From the NCBI GenBank assembly GCA_045126755.1, contig JBGVOY010000025.1, positions 1 to 40,355 of the forward strand: a stretch of DNA of 40,355 bases, written 5' to 3'. Below the pieces are notes generated by a model. That model did not search any database. It had not been told where the DNA came from and was given only the letters and a program-made list of their open reading frames with translations. Source of the DNA: Alphaproteobacteria bacterium (GTDB taxonomy: Bacteria; Pseudomonadota; Alphaproteobacteria; RF32; CAG-239). Positions 32,796-40,355 of this stretch are shown here, in pieces; position 1 is the first letter of the stretch; each line of letters begins with the position of its first letter. Position numbers and translations under genes: made by a program.

Positions 32796-33389
32796 TTAAT
32801 TAACGGTTCTTTCTAACTCTGCGATTCTGGGTAATACGGAATTTTCAATTATAAAAGAAATGGCTTTTTCTACTGTTTTATCAATATTTATTAGCGCTGC
32901 TGTAATTTCTTTTTGTTCTTTTGATACAGATGCTTTTTGAGCAAGTTTTGCGTAGGCATCAGACATTTCTGAAAGCGAATCTACAATTTGTGCAACATAA
33001 TTTGGCACTTTCAGGTCATCGCATCCGCCCCAAAAACCTTCCAAAAATCCATGTTCAAGCTCTTCAAACCGCAGTTTTCCCCATAAAACATTATCTTTAG
33101 GAGCTTTAGAAAGTTTTATTTTGTTATAACGAATTTGCTCAAAAATTTCATCCCATAACCCCATAAAAAACTTAAAAAACAACTCTGCTTCATTTTTAGT
33201 TTCAAGACGAGGCTGCTTATTTTGCTCCCAAAAAGAAGATATTACATCTGTCGGGCGCAAATTTAAGTTAGGAGAGCATATTGCTCCGGCAAACTTGAGT
33301 TTAACAACTTCGATTGAGGTAGGACATTCGTAGTGATTTAAGAAATTTTTGAACTTATCATCACCAATATATTCATTTTCGCTTTGCAT
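32796..33389 (-). CDS. UPF0149 (YecA/YgfB-like) family protein
   Basis: 197 aa. FAGAICSPNLNLRPTDVISSFW...ELFFKFFMGLWDEI matches my memory of the UPF0149 pattern. Function unknown. Confidence 0.5.
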   Translation of the reverse strand: MQSENEYIGDDKFKNFLNHYECPTSIEVVKLKFAGAICSPNLNLRPTDVISSFWEQNKQPRLETKNEAELFFKFFMGLWDEIFEQIRYNKIKLSKAPKDNVLWGKLRFEELEHGFLEGFWGGCDDLKVPNYVAQIVDSLSEMSDAYAKLAQKASVSKEQKEITAALINIDKTVEKAISFIIENSVLPRIAELERTVN

Positions 33390-33452
33390 TTAAAATCTTC
33401 TTCGTATAATATGGTTAAAACATTGATACATAATTTAACGGAGTTTAAAAAA

Positions 33453-33767
33453 TTGTCCAGTATAAAAATGCTGATAACCATATTTATTTTTTTCTTAACA
33501 TCTTGTTCGTTGTTGGAACCTTTTGTTGACAGGCGACGAAATGCCGGTGTGGAAAACATAGAAAACTTATATGTCGGACGATCAACCCCGTCATCTCCGG
33601 CAATATGTTATAACGGGTTAATTACCAAAGAACAGCAAATACAAGAATTGGCCGACGCCGAATGTAAAAAACATAACACCGGAACATCTGCAGTTAAAAC
33701 CCACACTACCAGATTTACCTGTAAAATGTTTTTACCGTCGCACGATTATTTCAAATGTGTTAAATAA
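33453..33767 (+). CDS. Small lipoprotein
   Basis: Lipobox in ...IKMLITIFIFFLTSC. I favour the TTG at 33453 (GGAG 9 nt upstream) or the ATG at 33468. The track start at 33384 and the ATG at 33411 sit on or abut a TATAAT box. Confidence 0.55.
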   Translation: MSSIKMLITIFIFFLTSCSLLEPFVDRRRNAGVENIENLYVGRSTPSSPAICYNGLITKEQQIQELADAECKKHNTGTSAVKTHTTRFTCKMFLPSHDYFKCVK

Positions 33768-33786
33768 ATTTTAGAAAGAAGCAAAA

Positions 33787-35526
33787 ATGACTATATCTAT
33801 TGAAAAAACAATTAACGAAAAACTTGCAAATATTTTTAAGAATCTTGAATTAGATACCAATTACGCCATTGTGAAAGTATCTGACAGGCCGGATTTGAGC
33901 GATTTACAGTGTAACGGCGCATTAGCGCTTGCAAAACAGTTAAAGAAAAATCCGCGCGAAATTGCAACCTTAATTGTTAATCAGTTACAATCGGATATTG
34001 CTGTTGACAGTGTTTCGATTGACGGTCCCGGATTTATTAACATTAAGCTCAAGAATGATTTCATTGCTCAAAAAATGCAAGAAATGCTTAATGATGAACG
34101 TTTAGGTTGTGCAAAAGTTACAAATCCTAAAAAAGTTGTTATGGATTTTGGCGGTCCTAACGTTGCAAAATCTTTACATGTCGGGCACTTACGTTCGGCT
34201 GTTATAGGCGAATCTATCAGAAGAATTGAGCAATTTATCGGTAATGACGTAATATCCGATGTTCACTTTGGTGATTGGGGAACTCCTATGGGTATGATTT
34301 TGGCTGAAATTATTGAAAAAGACGGCGACTTATCAAAAACAACCGATTATAACATTGCGCAAATTTCTGCCTTTTACAAACAAGCAAACATTCGTTGCAA
34401 AGAAGATGAAACAGCTAAAGAAAAAGCTCGTCAAATTACGGCAGAACTTCAGAACGGTAACCAAGAATATAAAAGAGCATGGCAACATTTAAGAAAAGTA
34501 TCGGTAGATGATGTAAAAAAGAATTATGACGAATTAAACGCATATTTTGACTTATGGCTTGGCGAAAGTGATGCACATAATGCAAGTGGCGAAGTTGTAA
34601 AAATTGCAAAAAATACCGGTTTATCCGAAGTTGATGACGGAGCAACCATTATCCGCTTGCCTGAAACAAACAAACCGATGCCTCCTGTAATTATAGTAAA
34701 ATCTGACGGAGGTTTCGGTTATCAGGTAACAGATATTGCCACAATTAAAATGCGTTATGATGACTTAAAAGCAGATGAAATTATATATATTGTAGATAAA
34801 CGTCAATCGCTTCATTTTGAACAAGTATTTCAGGTTGCCGATATGTTAAAACTGGCTCCAAACACAAGTTTTAAGCATATAGGTTTCGGAACCGTAAATG
34901 GCTCGGACGGAAAACCGTTTAAAACTCGTGACGGCGGAGTTATGAACTTGGAAGATTTGATAAATATGAGTAAAGATAAAGTTCGTCAGTCTATGCCTAA
35001 AGCAAATGAAGTTGAAGGATATGGCGAAAAAGAAATTGAAAAACTCGTATCACAAATATCAATGGCTGCAATAAAATTCCAAGATTTGAAAAATTCTATT
35101 GCGTCAGGATATGTGTTTGATTTAGAAGATTTTGCTAAATTTGATGGTAAAACAGGGCCTTATATTCAATATGCGGTTGCTCGTATCAACTCAATTTTGA
35201 GAAAAGCAAAATCAAGCGGTCTTGAAAATGGCTCTGTTATAATAAATAATGAAGATGAGCGTAATCTGGCATTAAAGCTTGCGCAAATTGAAAACATTGT
35301 CTTTAGAGCCCATAACGATAAAGAACCAAGCATTATTGCAGATTATGCCTATACTTTAGCACAGACATTTTCAAGTTTTTACAATGCCTGCCCGATTATG
35401 AATGCTAAAGACGAACAACTTACAAAATCTCGTTTAAGTTTGGCATACTTGGTAAAAGAAGAGCTAACGCTAATGCTGTTCTTGTTAGGCATTGAAGCTC
35501 CTGAAATTATGTTAAAAGCAAATTAG
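33787..35526 (+). CDS. argS: Arginine--tRNA ligase
   Basis: 579 aa with a HVGHLRS (HIGH) motif, class I Rossmann features and the anticodon-binding C-terminus typical of ArgRS. Confidence 0.95.
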   Translation: MTISIEKTINEKLANIFKNLELDTNYAIVKVSDRPDLSDLQCNGALALAKQLKKNPREIATLIVNQLQSDIAVDSVSIDGPGFINIKLKNDFIAQKMQEMLNDERLGCAKVTNPKKVVMDFGGPNVAKSLHVGHLRSAVIGESIRRIEQFIGNDVISDVHFGDWGTPMGMILAEIIEKDGDLSKTTDYNIAQISAFYKQANIRCKEDETAKEKARQITAELQNGNQEYKRAWQHLRKVSVDDVKKNYDELNAYFDLWLGESDAHNASGEVVKIAKNTGLSEVDDGATIIRLPETNKPMPPVIIVKSDGGFGYQVTDIATIKMRYDDLKADEIIYIVDKRQSLHFEQVFQVADMLKLAPNTSFKHIGFGTVNGSDGKPFKTRDGGVMNLEDLINMSKDKVRQSMPKANEVEGYGEKEIEKLVSQISMAAIKFQDLKNSIASGYVFDLEDFAKFDGKTGPYIQYAVARINSILRKAKSSGLENGSVIINNEDERNLALKLAQIENIVFRAHNDKEPSIIADYAYTLAQTFSSFYNACPIMNAKDEQLTKSRLSLAYLVKEELTLMLFLLGIEAPEIMLKAN

Positions 35527-35535
35527 GAAAAAAAT

Positions 35536-36747
35536 ATGACTGATTTATCGCAAGTTTTAGCCCATTACGGCATAGAGGGTGAAGTTATCGGAACACAAGT
35601 TGGTCCTTTGGTTACGCAAATAAAATTTAAGCCGGTTGTCGGAACAAAAATAAAAAGTGTTGAAACCGTATTGGCTGATATTGCACGAGAAGCCGGCTTA
35701 AAAAGCTTGCGGATAAGTAATGTCTGCGAAGATAATTGTATCGGTTTTGAAGTTCCTAACGAAGAACTGCAAACAGTATGGTTAAAAGATGTTTTAGAAT
35801 CAGATGAATTTAAGACCGCTAAAGGAAATCTGCCGATTAGCTTAGGTGCTGAAATTGGCGGAAAGCCAGTCTTTGCCGATTTAGCAAAAATGCCTCATTT
35901 ATTGGTTGCCGGAGCAACCGGTTCAGGAAAATCTGTCGGATTGAACGCTTTTATAATATCTTTGATAAAAACAAAGCGACCGCATGAATTAAAATTTGTG
36001 ATGATAGACCCGAAGCGGATAGAGTTTTCGGTTTATAATGACCAAGAATATATGTATATGCCGGTCATTACCGACAATGATAAAGCATCGCTTGCATTAG
36101 AGCATTTAACAGAAGAGATGAACAGAAGATATACTTTGTTTGAAAAATCAAGAACAAAAAACATTGAAGAATACAACCAAAAAGAAGGTTTTATACCATA
36201 CATTGTAGCCATTGTTGATGAGTTTTCAGATTTAGTTTTATCAGATAAAGCTGTTGAAAAGCATATACAAGTATTAGCTCAAAAGGCAAGAGCGTCAGGT
36301 ATACACTTAATTATTGCCACACAACGTCCTTCAGTAGATGTTGTAACCGGAAGCATCAAAGCCAACTTTCCTTCCCGATTGGCTTTTAAGACTGCCTCCG
36401 GAGTAGATTCAAAAACCATACTTGATACAACAGGAGCAGAAGATCTAATCGGTAGAGGCGATTGTTTATATTTATCAGGAAACGGTGAGATGAAACGCAT
36501 TCACGGAGCATATATTACAACTCAGGAAATTGAAGCAATATTAAAGCCATACCATAAAAAAGTTGAAGATATACTTCAAGATAAAGAAACGAAAAAAGAT
36601 AATAAAACCGAAGAAAAACCAAAAAAGAAAAAACAGTTTTTCTTGATTGCGTGGATTGTTGCTTTGTGGAAATATTTAGGTAAACGTGAGCAGAAAAAAC
36701 TTTTAAAAATGCTCTTTGAACTGATATTCGGGGTCAAGAAAAAGTAA
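35536..36747 (+). CDS. ftsK: FtsK/SpoIIIE-family DNA translocase, motor (alpha-beta) domains only, with an unusual Lys-rich plus hydrophobic C-terminal tail
   Basis: Walker A GATGSGKSVGLN, Walker B IVAIVDEFSDL, and IIATQRPSVDV. It has no N-terminal TM region and no gamma domain in frame. It ends ...KKKKQFFLIAWIVALWKYLGKREQKK.... Confidence 0.85.
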   Translation: MTDLSQVLAHYGIEGEVIGTQVGPLVTQIKFKPVVGTKIKSVETVLADIAREAGLKSLRISNVCEDNCIGFEVPNEELQTVWLKDVLESDEFKTAKGNLPISLGAEIGGKPVFADLAKMPHLLVAGATGSGKSVGLNAFIISLIKTKRPHELKFVMIDPKRIEFSVYNDQEYMYMPVITDNDKASLALEHLTEEMNRRYTLFEKSRTKNIEEYNQKEGFIPYIVAIVDEFSDLVLSDKAVEKHIQVLAQKARASGIHLIIATQRPSVDVVTGSIKANFPSRLAFKTASGVDSKTILDTTGAEDLIGRGDCLYLSGNGEMKRIHGAYITTQEIEAILKPYHKKVEDILQDKETKKDNKTEEKPKKKKQFFLIAWIVALWKYLGKREQKKLLKMLFELIFGVKKK

Positions 36748-36768
36748 ACTTAACTCAAGGATTGCAAA

Positions 36769-37022
36769 ATGGTTAATGATACAAGCATTATTTATGAACT
36801 GGATGAACTTCATAAACTTGTTAAATCAGATAAAAGTGATAAAGATAATTAAGAGATGCTACCACCTATCGCTACATTGAAACTATGCAAAAAAGAGGTT
36901 TAGTTTCTTTTGAAACAAACGGAATTGACCACACAATGAGTGATGGCAGCAAAGTTTATTCGGTCAGTTTTAAGGTAAATGATAATCAAAAAATAAATTT
37001 GTTATCGCAACAAAATCAATAA
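36769..37022 (+). pseudogene. Frameshifted small winged-helix ORF, possibly the decayed FtsK gamma domain
   Basis: ATG at 36769 gives MVNDTSIIYELDELHKLVKSDKSDKDN-stop at 36850-36852. A different frame, open from 36849, reads LRDATTYRYIETMQKRGLVSFETNGIDHTMSDGSKVYSVSF...-stop at 37020-37022. The joined product resembles the pattern of FtsK gamma (..GYNRAARLIDQME..GIVS...GSKPREV). Confidence 0.45.
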
Positions 37023-37053
37023 ATTTATGTAAATATTTTACAAGGCCATATTT

Positions 37054-37623
37054 TTAAGCATAACCGGTAATATTGATATATCTGGAAAAATCTATTCCTG
37101 TTTCATCCAATGCCTTTTCCCATTTGAGTTCATCGGGCGTATTAAACAACAAATCTTGACTGGCATCCGTAATAAACCAATGGTTATGCTTTATTTCTTG
37201 TTCAAGTTGTGAAGGTTCCCATCCGGAATATCCCAGTGCAATCAAATTATTTTTCGGCCCTACTCCATAAGCAATATCGGTTAAGACATCTAAAGATGAA
37301 GAAACCGCTATCTCATTATCAATTTTAAGAGTTCCCGGTTTCAGATACTCTGAACTATGCAAAACAAAGCCTCTTATTTTATCAATCGGGCCACCTTGAT
37401 ATAAGAACATGGAATCAAGATTAACATTAGGAGTAATCGGCAATTTAACAGCTAAATCGGAAAAAGAAAAATCTTTCAATTTGCGGTTTACAATAAACCC
37501 CATTGCCCCGTCTTTACCGTGAGAACAGATATATACAAGTGTGTTCTCAAAGCGCTCATCTTCCATTTGAGGCGTCGCTATCAAACACTTTCCTGTTAAA
37601 AATTTATTATTAAAATCCGGCAT
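37054..37623 (-). CDS. yqgE: YqgE/AlgH family (UPF0301) protein
   Basis: 189 aa with GKCLIATPQMEDERFENTLVYICSH...GAMGFIVN...YQGGPI, typical of AlgH/YqgE. Confidence 0.85.
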   Translation of the reverse strand: MPDFNNKFLTGKCLIATPQMEDERFENTLVYICSHGKDGAMGFIVNRKLKDFSFSDLAVKLPITPNVNLDSMFLYQGGPIDKIRGFVLHSSEYLKPGTLKIDNEIAVSSSLDVLTDIAYGVGPKNNLIALGYSGWEPSQLEQEIKHNHWFITDASQDLLFNTPDELKWEKALDETGIDFSRYINITGYA

Positions 37624-37747
37624 TTGTTGTATATATCCTAAAATTATAATTGTTTATTCTTACCGACTATTATATCATAAAAAAGAAATAAATAAATAAC
37701 TTTTTATGTGCGGCATGGTAAAATTTATTAAATATATAGTTTTTTTT

Positions 37748-40355
37748 ATGTTTTTTTTCAATATCATTAGTGCAAAAGCATCTAATGTTATTATGGAATT
37801 GGAAGATGATGATAATCCGGCCTATATATCGGCTGAATTCAAAGGTGCGCTAAATCTGCCTCATCCGTTATTATTCAGAATGTTACTTGAAAATAACAAT
37901 AATACATCCGGCGGGAGATTGTTTTTAATCGGATATTATTTTCATTCAAAATATCCGGAAGATGCCATAGAATATGATTTTAGTGAAGATGTTGCCGCAA
38001 TTTTTCCTGATTTAAGCACAAAAGAACTGCTTGATAAAACAGATTTTATTAGACTTCTGGTCAAAACTTACCGTTGGGGAATGGATAAATATAAAGATAT
38101 GGCCAAAGAAATGATTGCGCCCAAAGCACCGCCGCTGATTGTTGATGACGATGAATATGCCATGATGGGCTCGGTTGATTACATACCGGTTCCCGAAGGT
38201 TCTTTTGCCGTAATTGATGAATTTAAGAAAGTTATAAGCTACAGCGCAAATCCTAAAGATGTTGAAGCAATGGAGGCTTATCGCTCACGCCAACTTGAAA
38301 AAAAAGAAAATAAAACAAACTTTGAAAAATTTCAGTCTATGGTCAGTAAAATTGAACTTTCCAAAATACACAGATACGGTATTGACTTGCCTAACCCGTT
38401 TGTAGGAAACGCAGGTGTTGCACCGTGGGTTGAAAATAATGGTTTTAAAGCTCGTATTATATCTGAATTAGCTCAAATTAACAATGCTCCGACAATTATT
38501 GCCGGTATGCATATTATTACCCCTAACCATCGTTTTATACTTGCAAACGACTTATCTGAAGAATTACAAAAACCTGAAATTGAAATAATAAGTTCGCAAA
38601 ATGTCAAATCATACAAAGTTTATTATCCCATGCCGGTTCCGATAGTGCATGAAGATATGATAAATGCCTATTCCGGCGATTTGTCATTCCCGATAGTTAT
38701 CGAAACTCAAAATCCTGACAGTGAGGTAAATTTTGTTGCAAAAATAACATATCAGAGTTGTGACGGGCGCATAAATTGTGAAAAACAAGAACTTATTTCA
38801 GGAATAAATATTGAAAAGAGCACTGATAATACGGCATCTGCCATAAAAAATTTTACCAAACAAAGTTTTTACAATATACCGCAAGAAAAGAGCCCTTATC
38901 TGAAAATAAAAGATATTTATACCAAACTTGATGAAAACAATAAACTCGTTAAGCAAATTCTTATTGCAATCAAATACGAAAAAACTCCTAAAAACTTTAA
39001 TTTGTTGATTGAAGATGCCCAAAATACGACTTTCTCGGCACCTAAATATAACATTAACGATAATGTTTTATATGCCAGTGTTACTCCTTTAACGAACAAT
39101 GATAAATTGTTAAATTCAACGTTAGATATTAGCATCAGACTGAATAACTATGCTTTTTTGAGAAAAAGCATAAATCTCTCCGATTATTATTCCGACAACT
39201 CTGCGACAGATAATTTGTTTAACATTTTGATTATGGCTTTTTTCGTCGGCTTATTGTTTAATTTTATGCCATTGGGTATTGCCTTTTTATCGTTGGGTAT
39301 TGCCGGAACAGACAATAAATTAAAAGACAAAAGAGCAACATATTGGTTATATGTTATTTTTTCAATGTTTTTAGCATTTGTAACCTTTTCATCAATATGT
39401 TATTACCGAGATATGTTTATGATATGGGGACAGCAGTATACAAATTATTTTTGTTTGTCTTTTTATGTTTTTGTTTCTATGGGAATGTATTTTTCCGTTA
39501 AATACAAACAGCATTTACTTGCTTCAAATTACAAAATCAAGGCCTTATTTTTCGGATTTTTATTAGTTCCGGCTATTTTGTATTCATATACACCTAACTT
39601 GGAAAATTTACTCTATAAGCTTAGTTTTTTTGAGTATAAAGACATATTTTTGATTTTAAGTGTCTTATTTTGCGGTGTTGTTTTGCCGTATATTATCTTA
39701 TTTATCCTGCAATATAAAAAATATTTGATTATAAAAAGAAAAACAAGAAAATTTATTCTGAGCATAGGTGAATGTGCGTCTTTGATAGTGTTTATCTATT
39801 TATCAGGCATACTTTTTATGCAAACACATTTGTGGCCTTTTGCCAAGTCTGTTGTGTTGATATCGATTGTTGCTTTATTGTATAAATATTGTTACAACTT
39901 TATAGAGGCTTTATACCAAACAGATTTAAGTAATCAAAAAAAACAAATTGCAGAAAAAACCTTATTATGTATTGCATTGCTGTCTACCGTATTTTTTGCA
40001 TCAAAAGTTGAAAATATCCTAACTCATAAATTTAATGAATCTCCGATAATGATATCCGAAAAACAAATTGATGAGTTAATAGCCGACGGATATACCGTTA
40101 TTGTCGGTATAACCGCCGATTGGAGTTATTTCAGCAATCTAAATAAGATTACTACTCTTAACAAAGCTACATTAAAGCAACTCGAAAAAGCATATAAAAT
40201 CAAATATATTGAGATAAATTCAACAAATATGCTCCCAAACATCAGAGAATTTTTGCAAAAACACAACAAAACTTCCCTTCCCGTGTATGTTTTGTATAAC
40301 ATAAATATGAATAAAGGAATTGTTTTACCTGAATTGTTGAACAGAAATAATTTAG
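37748..40355 (+). CDS. DsbD/ScsB-like membrane protein with degenerate redox motifs; 3' end beyond the window
   Basis: The frame is open from the ATG at 37748 to the window end, about 869 codons. It is absent from the track because it is open-ended. The periplasmic DsbD-alpha/ScsB-like domain retains SCDGRINC. The multi-TM core has FNFMPLGIAFL where DsbD carries a Cys. The C-terminal thioredoxin-like domain has ADWSYFS instead of a WCxxC. Confidence 0.75.
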   Translation, partial: MFFFNIISAKASNVIMELEDDDNPAYISAEFKGALNLPHPLLFRMLLENNNNTSGGRLFLIGYYFHSKYPEDAIEYDFSEDVAAIFPDLSTKELLDKTDFIRLLVKTYRWGMDKYKDMAKEMIAPKAPPLIVDDDEYAMMGSVDYIPVPEGSFAVIDEFKKVISYSANPKDVEAMEAYRSRQLEKKENKTNFEKFQSMVSKIELSKIHRYGIDLPNPFVGNAGVAPWVENNGFKARIISELAQINNAPTIIAGMHIITPNHRFILANDLSEELQKPEIEIISSQNVKSYKVYYPMPVPIVHEDMINAYSGDLSFPIVIETQNPDSEVNFVAKITYQSCDGRINCEKQELISGINIEKSTDNTASAIKNFTKQSFYNIPQEKSPYLKIKDIYTKLDENNKLVKQILIAIKYEKTPKNFNLLIEDAQNTTFSAPKYNINDNVLYASVTPLTNNDKLLNSTLDISIRLNNYAFLRKSINLSDYYSDNSATDNLFNILIMAFFVGLLFNFMPLGIAFLSLGIAGTDNKLKDKRATYWLYVIFSMFLAFVTFSSICYYRDMFMIWGQQYTNYFCLSFYVFVSMGMYFSVKYKQHLLASNYKIKALFFGFLLVPAILYSYTPNLENLLYKLSFFEYKDIFLILSVLFCGVVLPYIILFILQYKKYLIIKRKTRKFILSIGECASLIVFIYLSGILFMQTHLWPFAKSVVLISIVALLYKYCYNFIEALYQTDLSNQKKQIAEKTLLCIALLSTVFFASKVENILTHKFNESPIMISEKQIDELIADGYTVIVGITADWSYFSNLNKITTLNKATLKQLEKAYKIKYIEINSTNMLPNIREFLQKHNKTSLPVYVLYNINMNKGIVLPELLNRNNL

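Overview
AT-rich bacterial chromosomal window; hand counts of typical 60-nt lines give 9-20 G+C. It probably comes from a reduced or host-associated proteobacterium, because it carries RpoH sigma-32, FadL, Aas and AlgH/YqgE. I recognise about 45 protein-coding genes. I see no rRNA, tRNA, CRISPR array, transposase or integrase. Left end (1-4423): a translationally coupled restriction-like pair (atypical methyltransferase-like protein plus a GIY-YIG/T5orf172-SF2 helicase that runs off the window), followed by a HEPN/MNT toxin-antitoxin pair. Region 4.7-28 kb is a mosaic of housekeeping and accessory genes: HIT, LysR, rpoH, cspA, an APH-like kinase, hydrolases, gpt, an LRR-transglutaminase effector-like protein, a deaminase, SemiSWEET, Nudix, AlkD-like, aas and fadL. 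It also carries signs of rearrangement. These are two copies of a ~190-bp G+C-rich structured repeat bracketing the kinase gene, a truncated gpt paralog fused to a G+C-rich foreign-looking ORF, and a collapsed remnant of the deaminase gene. Right part (28.2-32.1 kb): my best candidate for an undescribed system. It is a tightly packed minus-strand operon (NadM-type NMN adenylyltransferase, CofE-like ligase, PnuC-like transporter, nucleoside deoxyribosyltransferase/Rcl-like protein, small radical SAM enzyme) immediately downstream of deoC. A ~110-nt leader precedes it with riboswitch-style aptamer/antiterminator/terminator architecture that I cannot assign to a known class. The rest is housekeeping: argS, a motor-only FtsK with a decayed gamma-domain remnant, algH, and a DsbD/ScsB-like protein that has lost two of its three catalytic Cys pairs. 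All functional calls rest on motif-level reading of translations, not on database searches.
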